A DNA stretch of 63,275 nucleotides, counting the filler, from Craspedostauros australis (Eukaryota), in the NCBI GenBank assembly GCA_030167865.1. It is 14 parts of 14 records of this genome, joined end to end, with 100 filler letters (N's around TTAATTAATTAA, not from the genome) between each part and the next. Parts side by side here need not be neighbours in the genome. Positions count along the whole stretch, not along the records: positions 1 to 4,156 come from JALAGF010004692.1; positions 4,257 to 5,723 come from JALAGF010004693.1; positions 5,824 to 9,793 come from JALAGF010004694.1; positions 9,894 to 18,963 come from JALAGF010004695.1; 10 more parts are not named here. One strand, 5' to 3'. The notes below the pieces were generated by a model, which had not been told where the DNA came from, searched no databases, and saw nothing but the letters and a program-made list of their open reading frames with translations. Positions within the stretch are counted from its first letter, which is position 1. Every line of letters begins with the position of its first letter. This document shows, piece by piece, positions 1-11,448 of this stretch. The translations under genes and the position numbers were made by a program.

Positions 1-980
1 TTGTTGGCAACAAGGAGGAGCGTTGGTTTCTTGTGTGAGGTGATCCACACTCAACTCTCAACACAAACATGAAGAAACTTGTTGATAAGACTACTGCCAA
101 TCAATGCTGCTTCTTCCCTCCCTTCTTTCCAACTCAACTTCATCTGCAGAGCAAGTATGTAGCTCATGCAGCAGTGGGACTGAAAGTGCAAGAAAAGGCA
201 CATCATGCCCAGAACCCAAGCCATGCAATAAACAGTCCCCAACAACAAATAAGTCCAACACAACAGTTGCCACCCTCTCCATCTTCAGCCACTCCATACT
301 TGGCATTCCACAAATGTTGGCAAGTTGTGTGGACGGATACCTTGCAATCGTGGAAGACGGTGATGGTTGTTATGATTCTGTTTGCTATTTCATTATGTGA
401 GCACTCCAATCCTCTTGGTGTCTCTTGTTCTCTTGCCCGATACTCTTGGCGCGTCTATCTGTTTTGTAGATTGGGTCTTTGACTATGGGTTGGTATGCAA
501 GATGCTCTCTTGCCGCTACTGTACTCTCTCTCTCTCTCTCTCTTCAATATTCCATGTTCATGTTGCATGATACTCCNTGTTCAATGCATACTCTGCATTC
601 AACACTCTGTTCATTCACTACTGGTTCCTACTCCATGAGTACTTACCACTTGAACTCCTCTTTGTGCATCCATAATCTTGATGCTCTTCGGTCATCAAAT
701 CTTTACTTTCTGCTCCTGACATGGAGACAGATGTCAATGTGGTGACATGATGACATCCTGTCAATGTCAGCTGTTGTCCTTCTGCTCTCCAGATGTCACG
801 TTCCATCGATGATGCAATGGTCTGTCAGATGATATTGTCATCTGAGGTTTACTTGGGAGGTACATCAAGCTTTGCTCGATACCATACGTTTCCATTGATG
901 GATGGACAGACGATGTTCCTGATTCTCTCAGAAATCGTTGATCGCAAATTTCCTCCAGAAATTCTGCTCATTTTCGTGTG

Positions 981-1806
981 TGTCAGGAATCGGGTGTTCT
1001 GAAACATCGAATTGCCGCCCCTCCCAAGAGTAGGAAGTCAAATGTCAAGAAATGCTATACTACCGCAACTCACTCTTTGGATCTTTGTGACAGAAAATGT
1101 GAGCTACACGTGTCCTGCGGTGGAGAACGCCACGTGCTGAATGCGAACCGGACCGTGACGTTCGTGACCTCAATGCAGGAATGCGAATCACATGTGAATG
1201 TTGCAGGGGGCAGGGATGTTGGATTCATGACCAACATCACAATACATGCGACTATGGCCCCCATGTTGTATCGAATGAAAAGAGAGTATTCGAGACATGC
1301 TGATGTCACAAAGAGTGAGATGGCCTGTGAACGGATCACCGATGACAAACCAGCAAAAGATTGGTGAAGTGTTGGTGAAGTGTTGGTGATGTATCGGAGA
1401 GGTACCGGAAATGTATTGGAGATGATCGGAGATAAGCGATGATGAGAAGCTGAGGGAGAGCAACCATCCAAGCTGTTCAGGTGAAGGATGGGATGCTGTG
1501 ATCTGATCAAATGGACCAAGCCAAGCAATGCCTGCAACTTGGCGATGTCTAAGCCAACAAAACTATTGATGGGAAGACAACGTGATGAGTGCACGGACAT
1601 GGGGTACTCGGTAGTGCATGCATGTCCATGATGAATTCGTGATGAATTGAAGATGAATGCACGCTAGACCAACTGATGGACCCATGGAGGTCTCAGGAGG
1701 AGATCGAATTTGGAAGACAAGAGCAGTGAAGAGCTCACAGTTCAGAGAAGTAGATTCTAACAAACAATTAGCTTTCTACTATCACCACCACCCTGGATTT
1801 CCAACA
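981..1806 (+). mobile_element. Solo or recombinant LTR of a Copia-type family
   Basis: Starts TGTCAGGAATCGGG (same start as the LTR at 31236) and ends CTCACAGTTC...GGATTTCCAACA (same end as the LTRs at 30711, 31632 and 36444). TG...CA termini form an imperfect inverted repeat. Confidence 0.75.
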
Positions 1807-2337
1807 CAAGTGAACAAACAACCACTTCTCATCCACATGGACAACATCATCCAAACTCTGAAACAACCCATCATTTGCAATGTGATTGATGCAAAAGCAT
1901 AGATGATCTGCCTAGTGCTTCTCTGCGAGTCCAAATATGTTGTTAATACACTGCCTTGTTGCAATTTTCATATTGAATAGCGTAGTTGGTGACACACCAA
2001 CGGCAGCATCAGCTGTACAAAGGGTTGCTGCATCATTGTTGTTAAGGTGCTGTAGGTGCTCTTTCAGGTCCTCTTGGTCCCACTTCCATGCTCTACCACA
2101 AGGACCACAATGCAACAGCAAGCTCCAAGATGATTGGAAGTTGCTGGCCACAGTCTTTCTCATGTTGATCATCATTTTCTGGGCTGTGGCATGATGAACA
2201 TCGTATTGTGCCACCAGATGATCGAGTGCCCTGTCCTTGCAACAGCCATTGACTTGTGAAAGCAAGAGTGTCACCATGATCTGAATCCGTTCGTCTGCAG
2301 ACAAGTGCTTCCTCTTCTTGCGTTCCATCAATTCCAT
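1807..2337 (-). pseudogene. Decayed Tc1/mariner (DD39D-type) transposase, N-terminal part
   Basis: HTH-like region RKHLSADERIQI...CGR...VGVSPTTL. After an in-frame stop at 1912 it continues ...FQSLDDVVHVDEKW, the first catalytic Asp motif of DD39D mariners, and is then cut by the LTR. Confidence 0.8.
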
Positions 2338-3885
2338 TGTCTAGATGAGACTTGTGACAAGAAGTGCATGAAGGGCTCTCGCCCGAAGCTAAACACTGAG
2401 GAATTGGCAAGGTGCATTACGGAGACTGTCAATGACAACAAGTCGGAACAAAACGAGCAAGTTCCAGCACGCAACGTAAAGCGCACACTAATTTGATGCA
2501 CACAAGGACATTGAATAAACGCAAGTGGAATGCGACAATCCCAGTACGATGGAGCACCTTGATAGTGGTGGTAGGTCATCATGTCATCTGATTCAGTATG
2601 GATTATAATGCTGTAATCGCGATCATGATGTGCAGCAGGTCACTCCCCAAAAAGATGACTCGTAGCCCGCGGCGAGCTGCGCTGTTGTCTACTCACGAGG
2701 TTCGCATCAACACACATGATCACCACGAACAGAAAGGAGACAAATCGAACGAAGGTCTGATACCGAGATGGAGGTACCTCAATGTCCAATTCGAACAGCT
2801 GACGTCACATGATGACGTACTAATGCGACACCATTCAGACAAGAATGCGGTTCTGGATGACGTGCTTGCGAGCCTGCAACACTCGTGAAGAAGGATTGGG
2901 AGTAACAAGTAAGTAATTTACCGCATATACAAATATAACCCTTTTACGTTAAATCATGTCCCAACCCATGTCGCACACAAATCTCGACCGATCGGAGTCG
3001 TATGGATTTGTTGTTCCGATTTTGAACGCTTCTGGGAGACCAGTCATAATTTCATAACGAGTTGTGTGCAACATGCATTTAGTCAGTAGCTCCACGGGAC
3101 TCATTTCCGCTGAGTCTGTGTTGTCAATACTCCACAAGACTCGTAATCGCCACTTGAGATCAGGATGAGTGAGGCTCGTCAGTTGTGAAATTATGTGCCT
3201 TGCGACTACCAACACTCACAAAGTGTACGTCTTTGGAGANACANNGCAATCCGTAGNCGTACTTCTCCCAGATTTGGAGGTGCTCGATGCAAGCGTGAAA
3301 TTACAGAAGANGGAAGCAACATCATTTCCCTCCATCCGACCAAGAATGAAGAGAAAGAACCAACCGATGGCCAACCGATGGCCAACGTATGTATGCCAAC
3401 AATCTCAACACCACGTCGCTACCAAGAATCAAAGGAGGAAGACGACACAACAAGAGGAAGCACCTTGCGGCAATGATTGTTTCGGACCAGCAAGAGGAGG
3501 GTTGGACGCAGCAAAGCAGAGCACAGAAGGACTGTTGTGGTGGATGATACTGATTGCGACGAGCAAGCGCAAGCATCCTTGGAAGTGGAAGCGCAGATGG
3601 AAGTGCAGATGTAAGCGCAAGGACCTACTCTGCTCTACTCGACTCAAATCGTATCAAAAGCGACATCGGCGCCACCAAGATCACGAGGCTCATCATCCCA
3701 TCATGGCCGACACCTCCCAAAACCAACACATTGTTCACNNNNNNNNNNNNNNNNNNNNNNNNNNNNNNNNNNNNNNNNNNNNNNNNNNNNNNNNNNNNNN
3801 NNNNNNNNNNNNNNNNNNNNNNNNNNNNNNNNNNNNNNNNNNNNNNNNNNNNNNNNNNNNNNNNNNNNNNNNNNNNNNNNNNNNN

Positions 3886-4155
3886 GGAGATGGCAACCAC
3901 GGTGCAAACAACAATGACAACGATAATGACAGCAGAACCAGCGCAGATGGATTCATGGGCTTCATTCCCTTGTTGGAAAAGCTCGTCATCTGCTGGAGCA
4001 TAGTCATGGTGATCCTCTTGACATCCGTGTTGTCCTACGGACTGTTCGATATCGTTGTGATGCCATCCCACGACATCACGATGCCACTCTACTTCGATTC
4101 CACTGAGATGTCCATCCATCCAACTGAACATCATCTCGTGCAACAATGGTGGCTG
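3886..4155 (+). pseudogene. Seipin-like N-terminal fragment (TM1 and start of luminal domain)
   Basis: Hydrophobic helix followed by YGLFDIVVMPSHDITMPLYFDS, resembling the seipin Y..FY...MP......PLYFDY motif with substitutions. Bounded by gaps. Confidence 0.4.
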
Positions 4156-4257
4156 GNNNNNNNNNNNNNNNNNNNNNNNNNNNNNNNNNNNNNNNNNNNN
4201 TTAATTAATTAANNNNNNNNNNNNNNNNNNNNNNNNNNNNNNNNNNNNNNNNNNNNG
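4156..4257. other. Artificial contig linker (N-run, TTAATTAATTAA, N-run); first of 13
   Basis: The 12-mer has stops in all six frames and is flanked by ~44 N. It recurs at 4201, 5768, 9838, 19008, 30836, 33245, 35962, 40981, 42812, 46150, 54810, 58365 and 61882. Confidence 0.98.
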
Positions 4258-5823
4258 CTCACACAGTGAAGGCGAATGCAGAAAGTGAGGCTGTGTTGGA
4301 TGATGATGGCACGAAAATTTTGTGAGGGGTGTGCATCGCCCCGATAACACGAGTTGTGGAGTTTTGTGGGTGGCAGACCATGCTACTACAACGAGTCTAG
4401 AGGCCATCCAAAAACACATCCAAATATCGGCTTATCATGCTATATCTCAACAACACATTGCTTAAAATTAAATCTAAACATTGCATTCAGACGGCTGGCT
4501 ATCTGTTAATCAGAATATTGAAGTTAAATGAGTATAGAACATATTTTGGAAGTCATGTTGGTTTGCTGTGTGTTGTGTGGTGGATTCGAGAAAAAATTGT
4601 TGATGCCACAATGTTGCCTTCCAACGAGCGCACATGATCATCATCATCATCCTTGTATTTCAGAAAAATGTGCATACCATTTGCTCTGCATACCTCCCAG
4701 CTATCCGCTCCATGAAGCATGGCCACAGATATTGGCTCTGCATGCAGCAATGCATCCACACACTGAANNNNNNNNNNNNNNNNNNNNNNNNNNNNNNNNN
4801 NNNNNNNNNNNNNNNNNNNNNNNNNNNNNNNNNNNNNNNNNNNNNNNNNNNCTCCAAGCGCTCCTCGTGCATTACCACACTCCATGGCGACACGCGGATG
4901 CATCCAGACTGGGCTGGGAGTGCATGGCCGACGTGGTGCACCTCCATATGATGATGTGGTGGTGCATTTATTGCTCCCACCAAACATGACCATTCCGCAG
5001 ATATGGTTGGCTGCAGCGTCTTCCAGACAACTTGAGAAGAGCATGCTTCACGACGTGCATCTTCAATTGATGCCGCACGCATCTTGTATGGGTGGCTTGA
5101 CGATTGAGGGGCGTCGTCNCATCGCCCCTCACNNCCAAAGCCACGCGACCGGTGCTGCGCGAGCCCCAACCAAAACTCCTCAAAACCACCTTTGCCTCTG
5201 CGCGGACACCTTCCCGGTGCTCCGCGACCCTCAAACTTCGAGGGTGCCTTCATATTGGCCTTCTCGAGGCATCCTGCGCATCCATAGGCGCTGATATGGC
5301 CTGTGTGTGTCACACATTGGCCAAAACCAACCAGCCGATTTGGGGCCAAATTGTGATCGTATTTCTGGGGCCTACAACGGCCCCAAATCAACCCCTCTCC
5401 CCACCTCCGTTCGTCCACCCATCAAACGTTGCGTGGAGATGACGGCGATGTGCTTGGATCTTGAATTGGNNNNNNNNNNNNNNNNNNNNNNNNNNNNNNN
5501 NNNNNNNNNNNNNNNNNNNNNNNNNNNNNNNNNNNNNNNNNNNNNNNNGGTGTGTCGAGTTTGCCACTCTCAACCGGCCTCACATGTTGGGGGATGTGGA
5601 GATTTGCCTCCAATTGTACCGACTGTCCAAAAAGACCATGACACAAAACACTCGAGGAGTACCAACCCCACTCAACCACTTCGCCACGACGAAGCAGACC
5701 TGATGATGTTGCGCATCGTGATANNNNNNNNNNNNNNNNNNNNNNNNNNNNNNNNNNNNNNNNNNNNTTAATTAATTAANNNNNNNNNNNNNNNNNNNNN
5801 NNNNNNNNNNNNNNNNNNNNNNN

Positions 5824-6801
5824 CAAGAACGGACCAGACTGTGGTCATCGGAGGATACCACGAGCAGCACCACCGAGGAAGCATCATCCGCCTCGTTCCT
5901 GACTGACAGCGAGTGGGACACGATCAAGGCGCTGCACGACAAGGCGCAGCAGGAAGATGGAACCTCACTGACTGACAGCGTGCTGCAGGCACTGCCGACC
6001 TTCGAACCAGCCTTGGTCATGAAGCTGCGCCAGCTCGGCGAGGATTCCACGTTGGATGACCGTCCTGAGTCCATCGCGATCGCCGGCGCCGTCAACGTCA
6101 TCATGGATGAACGTCTCAACGAAGCACGCGATATCTTGCAGGATCTGCTGGGTGCCGGCGAGATTCGCAAGCTGGATTCGTTGATCGGGAAGTACGCACG
6201 CGGTGGCAAGTTGGACGTGGCATTCTTCCAGGTGCTCAACATGAACCTGCAGGATGCCTCCAAGAGCATGGAGGAGGCCGGCGGTGGTGATAGTGACGAC
6301 GGCGACAATCCGTTGCAGAATGCAGGTGCCAATCGATTCCAGATCCTGAAGCACATCTACACGCGCTGCCAGGAGGAGGTGGAGAAGACGATCCCAGCTG
6401 GTGTTGCGTTGCTCAACAAGCTTTTGCGCACAGAGCAGGCACCCATCCGATCCAACCAGCTGCAGCATTACCTGTGCCCGCAACCCAACACGATCACGAC
6501 CCCGGATGGGAAGGAGCTGGAGCTGGATGGCCCAGGCCCGATCCTGGTTGCGCACACGGACTTCGTCGATGCCATTGGCAACGCTGTGAAGCAGATCCGC
6601 ACCATCGAGAAGGGCGGTGGTGCCAGTGGTGAGGTGACCGCTGGATTGGTGGAATCCTGCCGGATCGTCGCGAAGGAGGCGCGGATCGTGATCGGTGAGA
6701 ATTTCGGTGTGGAAAGCGAGGAGCTGATAGCATTCGAGGATGGGTTGATGCCCGTCTTCCGTCCATCGTCGCCGGACAGTCCGTACATACAGGGCGAGTA
6801 G
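5824..6801 (+). CDS. Conserved hypothetical protein, 5'-truncated, probably plastid-targeted (weak resemblance to the At4g37920/PAC-like family)
   Basis: Frame is open from the contig edge (QERTRLWSSED...) to a TAG at 6799-6801. GC3-rich codon usage, helical protein. RTRLWS looks like the end of a transit peptide. Confidence 0.8.
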   Translation, partial: QERTRLWSSEDTTSSTTEEASSASFLTDSEWDTIKALHDKAQQEDGTSLTDSVLQALPTFEPALVMKLRQLGEDSTLDDRPESIAIAGAVNVIMDERLNEARDILQDLLGAGEIRKLDSLIGKYARGGKLDVAFFQVLNMNLQDASKSMEEAGGGDSDDGDNPLQNAGANRFQILKHIYTRCQEEVEKTIPAGVALLNKLLRTEQAPIRSNQLQHYLCPQPNTITTPDGKELELDGPGPILVAHTDFVDAIGNAVKQIRTIEKGGGASGEVTAGLVESCRIVAKEARIVIGENFGVESEELIAFEDGLMPVFRPSSPDSPYIQGE

Positions 6802-6972
6802 ACGTGGGCGTACAAGTACTTTTGTGGAGTATCATATCGTAGCGTTGTAGCCGTACTCCTTTGTACTGATATGGCTCTACGAGTCTTGCACACGTAGTGT
6901 CAGTACGGTGTTCCACAATTACTTTCACAACACTCCCTAGATCATAGGTATTGTAGTCTTTCCAAAAAGAAT

Positions 6973-7656
6973 TCACGTGTTGTAAAACCGATCGCCGTAG
7001 TCTCCCAACCCCGGAACGATGTACTTGGCCTCATTCAGGTGACTATCGACGCACGCCGTGACGATCTTGACGTCTGGGAACTCCTCCGCCAAAGCCTCAA
7101 GTCCTTCGGGCGCACAAATGACGTTGGCAAACACAATCTGAGATGTCTTGACCTGATACTTGTCGACCAGCGTGCGGATTGCCAGCTTGGCCGAACCACC
7201 CGTGGCCAGCATGGGATCGCACAGGAGCACATGGCGCTGTGCCATACCGGGTGGCATCTTGGAGTAGTACAGCTTCGCCTTCTTTCCGGGATCGTCTTCA
7301 TCACGCTGAATCAGGATCTTGCCAACCGGAATACTGGGATCGATGGAGCGGACGGTGTCCACCAGCGCATCACCGCTACGAACGATGGAAACGGCGCAAA
7401 GATCCGTGGCGAAATCCGTCAGAGTGCACCGGACGCCTTCGCATGGACCGCATGGAGTGTGCACCGTGATGTTCGTCGTTGGCAATTCCGCCAGCGATTC
7501 CTCCACCAACAGCGTCATGATGCGTTTGCTCGTGCAAGCGAAGTCAGCAGACGAGGTATCCTTGTCGCGGATCTTTGTGAACAGTCCCTTCAGCGCTTTG
7601 TTCGGGCAGACTATGAGGTTGGGATGCATCCGGTCGGATGCTTCTGCGTTGCTCAT
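6973..7656 (-). CDS. UPRT: Uracil phosphoribosyltransferase
   Basis: Motifs TKIRDKDTS, VSIVRSG, IGKILIQRDE-like (VGKILIQRDE), PRPP-binding LLCDPMLATGGS and C-terminal YIVPGLGDYGDRFY. Confidence 0.97.
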   Translation of the reverse strand: MSNAEASDRMHPNLIVCPNKALKGLFTKIRDKDTSSADFACTSKRIMTLLVEESLAELPTTNITVHTPCGPCEGVRCTLTDFATDLCAVSIVRSGDALVDTVRSIDPSIPVGKILIQRDEDDPGKKAKLYYSKMPPGMAQRHVLLCDPMLATGGSAKLAIRTLVDKYQVKTSQIVFANVICAPEGLEALAEEFPDVKIVTACVDSHLNEAKYIVPGLGDYGDRFYNT

Positions 7657-8200
7657 GGCTGATTGCTTGTTGCAGTGCTTTGCTGTGCTTCAGGGCTTCA
7701 GGACTTTGCTGTGCAGTGCTTTTCAGTTTGTTTCTGTTGATCTTGGATGAACGGCCATGTGGATACTCCTACTCGTATCTTTGCACTGTACCATACGATG
7801 CCTGATGCCTGATGTTCGATGTTCGATGTATTGGAGAGAGAGAGAGAGAGAAGCAGAGAAAGAAGGAACTGGACGATCTAGCTGTATTCGTCTGTGGTGG
7901 ACGTTGGCCAAGTGCTCTTCAGATGGGCATGATGTGCATTCCTCGAATCCGCTGTGCAGTTGGACACAGAACAAGTGTGGTGTTGTTGAGGATCTTTGGG
8001 TCGTGTTCAGTTCTGGTACATCGGGGTGAACGGTATATATAATTATATTCGATATATGAGACAGTCGAATACGAAATTTGTTTAATAATATTATATGTGC
8101 ATTACCCGCATACCCCATGGTTGATTCGAACGATACCCTCGGTCGTCTCAGTCGAATGGGTCTTGTTACGATTTACGCTCGTGAACAAATCAAGAAATAC

Positions 8201-9793
8201 GAGCCCGATCAGTGAGTCGACCTGCACTTTGTCATGGGACTCAATAACTGTTCTCTAGTAGATCCAAACCAAGCACATAGTCGTAATCCTTATAATCTTC
8301 TTACAAATGATTAACCGATCGATTTTTGTTGTATATCCTTTTTTAAGTTTTATGTACAGTCAAAGATATGCTAAAGTCCTATGAGTCGACCCCATGAAAC
8401 TCCTGGTTGTTTTTCAGAAGGCTCCATGCTGTTCCAAAGTATTTATCGTCGGATGATCAGTCACGGACCTGCTCCGGAAGGAGTCGTTCGTTTGGTACAC
8501 GTTAAATACACGTTAGCATCTGCGACATGATCTCACATTTTGCTCGTCACAAAACACATCACACAAAACACATCACACATCCAAAATCATCGCCATCCCC
8601 TCACAATTTCGCAAATCATCGCCACTTTTTCGCTCCATCTCACAACTTTCCTCGCCAATGCCATGCGCACTCGCTGTTGTGTTCCATGCTTGTGCTCGCC
8701 CTGGTAGTGTTCGTGTAGTAGTAGTAGTTGTAGTTGTTGTCGTTGTTCCTGAATGATCGACCTTCCTTTGGATGCTCTCCTTCCTCACTTCGTCTCAGAC
8801 CAGTGCAGTTCATCACAGACAACCAGCCAACAACTACTCTCTCCAGCANNNNNNNNNNNNNNNNNNNNNNNNNNNNNNNNNNNNNNNNNNCCAACGATGC
8901 TAACCCCTCCCCCAGTAAGAAACCGCGTTCTGCTCGCCTTGCATCTGCTCCTCCCTTCGATTCGAAGGGGTTCCTGCAGCCTACTGCAGAGCAACTGTTG
9001 CCTAACAAGCCGTCTGCTACGTTGAGGAAGCCGAGCACCATCACGCAAGTGATCGATGTGAAGCCAATGCATGCAGCGGATGGCGGCCTCGTCCCGAACA
9101 GTACGCATGCGCATGCTCGCGAGCTGCACGTGTTCGTACACATCCTCGATGANAANGGAGGTGTCTACGACAACTCCAACGTCAGGGTGCGCTCGGAAGG
9201 ACGAGGTGTCGGCGATGGTACGTTGGTGAGCGTTATCGTGAACGCGCCACCCCCGCCTGCTGCAGCTGATGTTGCACCACCTGTCGAGCCTGCCCCACCG
9301 GCGAGGCTCCCTCGTCGCTGCAATGCTGTTGTTGCTGGTGGCTATGCAGACACCTCCAATGACAGCGACACCACCTACAACGACAACGACAGGGGGAACG
9401 AACGCGCGCCAGCAGGAACAGGAGAGGAGGTCAGTTTGGGTATGACCCGGAAGAGGGGGTAAATTGGAGGCGCCCTGCTGTGATTCGTGTGATGGAGGAG
9501 CTCACGGATCACTTCGATGTGAACGTGTTCAATTCCATGCCTCCCACAGGATTCGTGCTAGGTGGCAATTGNGANAGGCNCACATGGTGGAATGCAACAC
9601 GTGTGTGGGTCACTGTGGCAACTGCGCTCTGGGGTGTCTTGCTCCCTCAGGAGGCTCCGCCAACTCGCCAGATGCAACAGGTGGTGGCGTTTGTCCATGC
9701 TCGCGTGGACCTCCCGCCTCCTACACTTGGTGCGAACCTGTACACCCTATGTGTGAGGGGAGAAAAGACACTTGCTAACGCTGCCAGAGCTGT
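8201..9793 (+). mobile_element. Unclassified repeat family A, copy 1: conserved upstream block plus frameshifted ORF
   Basis: Homologous to 34314-35917 in both the upstream block (CCAAACCAAGCACATA.TCGTAATCCTTATAATCTT) and the ORF (DANPSPSKKPR...FDSKGFL). Frame break near 9400-9460. Confidence 0.7.
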
Positions 9794-9893
9794 NNNNNNN
9801 NNNNNNNNNNNNNNNNNNNNNNNNNNNNNNNNNNNNNTTAATTAATTAANNNNNNNNNNNNNNNNNNNNNNNNNNNNNNNNNNNNNNNNNNNN

Positions 9894-10683
9894 TGAGGAT
9901 ACGGTTGTTGGCTCGGGTGGCCGCATCATCGGGATCCGCGCTGAAACGTGACATCCTTGGTCGAGTCGTGGATGAGGTCGAAACGTGGGTCGTGCGAACA
10001 GTTGGAATGGCGGTTTCACCGGTTACTGTGTCAGTGACGTCAGCAGGAATTTCGACAGTGAGATTCGTGTCAGCAAAAATGCCAGGACGAATGTTGCCAG
10101 GATCTGCGAGGGCTGACTGGAGTTCCTCAAGGGCTTGGGATTCAAAAGTGTCCAAGGTTAAGTCCAGAATTTCGCCTTCAGCCAGAAGAAGTTCCGGTTC
10201 TGTTCGAAGAGGAGTTCTGTCACGCGGAAGTTGTGGTTGCTGCGCGAAGACGCCAGCTGCCTGTGTGCTGGTGTCCTGTGCAGCTCGTGTTGTTGTTGTT
10301 GTTGAAACAGAAGGAGAGGCGCGTCCGCCTGGGTCCTGTGCTGTCTCTTGAGGTGCAGGAGAAGAGGCTTCTTGAGCGGTCTCGGTCGCTGCAGGTCGTT
10401 GCTGAAGAGAGGCAGGTGTTGCGGTCTCAGGTTGTTGCTGTGCGAGAGGAGGGACGGTGATGTCGGCTGCGGTCTCGACTTGTTCAGGTGGCTGGAGAGG
10501 AGGGACGAGTGCGTCGGCTGCGGTCTCTGCCTGTTGTTGTTGTCGTCCGAGAGGAGGGACAGAATCGTCGGCTGCGGTCTCGGAGAGTGCGACCTCGGGC
10601 TCTTCTGCTAGCGAAGGCGGGTCGGAGTCGTCTGTGTCACTGGAGGAGGTTGCGTTCGTTGTCTGTTGACGATGCGGGTCCAT
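9894..10683 (-). CDS. Probable Gag N-terminus of an LTR retrotransposon (truncated by contig end)
   Basis: ATG at 10683, ~180 nt downstream of the PBS. Disordered Pro/Gln/Thr-rich sequence with three TAAD..VPPL repeats. Open to the contig edge. Confidence 0.6.
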
Positions 10684-10861
10684 GAGCTTTGCGTTGTTTT
10701 GTTGTTTGTGTTGGATGATTGCGACGGTGAGAGTTTGTCTGTGTTTTGGTCGCTGTCGGCAATGTGCATCCACACGCGGCATCGCTGTGATGGAGCGCGT
10801 TCGCCATGGTGCAGTTAGCACCGTGTGGTGCGGCAGGTGACGAACAGGCAGTGCCTGCGGT

Positions 10862-10876
10862 CCAGGCTCATAACCT
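10862..10876 (-). promoter_or_regulatory. Copia-type primer-binding site complementary to the tRNA-Met anticodon arm
   Basis: Minus strand reads AGGTTATGAGCCTGG, 3 nt after the LTR-terminal CA. The plus strand reads CCAGG-CTCATAA-CCT, a CAU anticodon loop. Confidence 0.75.
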
Positions 10877-10879
10877 AAT

Positions 10880-11122
10880 TGCTACGGGCAAGTGTGTGAG
10901 TGCGTGTGTGTGTGTGTGCTAAAGTTGAGTTGTGCCCATTTAGAGGGCCCATGGAAGGTCCCATGGAATTGTGAGCTTATTCTACTGTGGTCTTGACTTT
11001 GCGTCAAGTTCGCTAAATGTTGCGTGCGTCGCGGGCGCTCCTAATCGTGGCGTTGCTGACGCAGCGGCGTGCTGGTTCGGGTTTGGTGTCGTATCGATCA
11101 GCTGGACTAATTCATGATAACA
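10880..11122 (-). mobile_element. 5' LTR (243 bp) of a Copia-type element
   Basis: Minus-strand termini TGTTA...TAGCA, followed by the PBS and ORF. Its outer edge coincides exactly with the start of homology of the repeat at 11123. Confidence 0.7.
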
Positions 11123-11448
11123 GTCACCATCCATTCCAATCTTCGAAGCGAGCAGTGCCAGTGTGGTGGAAAAACAAGAACCGACGAGCCAGCGCAGTCC
11201 AAGCATCCAGAGAGCTTGACGAGCAACAGAAGAAACCAACGAATCAACCAACCAACGAACCAACAAGCAACCCCATGCAGAGTGCGAGTATTGTATTGCG
11301 GATCATGGTTGACACAGAGTTTCCATATGGCACAAGAATCATGCGGTCAGCGATCCATGGACCATGAGCACTGTATTCCCACATGTCCTCCTTCGTGGTG
11401 CTCCCAACTTCGTTGATGAGGCGGATGTTCTTGTCGATCGCCTCGGTT
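11123..11448 (+). repeat. Dispersed repeat family C, copy 1
   Basis: GTCACCATCCATTCCAATCTTCGAAGCGAGCAGTGCCAG... aligns by eye with 18640-18963 over ~325 bp. Confidence 0.9.

Noticed and set aside
2935..2950. ATAA|CCCTTTT as a piggyBac end
   Set aside because: Target is not TTAA and no partner end or transposase is on this contig.
4201..4212. Recurrent palindromic TTAATTAATTAA as a biological repeat or piggyBac target
   Set aside because: Always embedded in fixed-length N runs, so it is an assembly linker. Adjacency across it has no meaning.
4258..5723. Overlapping short ORFs in contig 2, and likewise in 41037-42767 and 46942-50400
   Set aside because: Gap-ridden or stop-ridden with no motif I can support. 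Probably decayed repeats or intergenic DNA.
10862..10876. tRNA-Met gene
   Set aside because: Only the anticodon arm is present. It is better explained as a retrotransposon primer-binding site.
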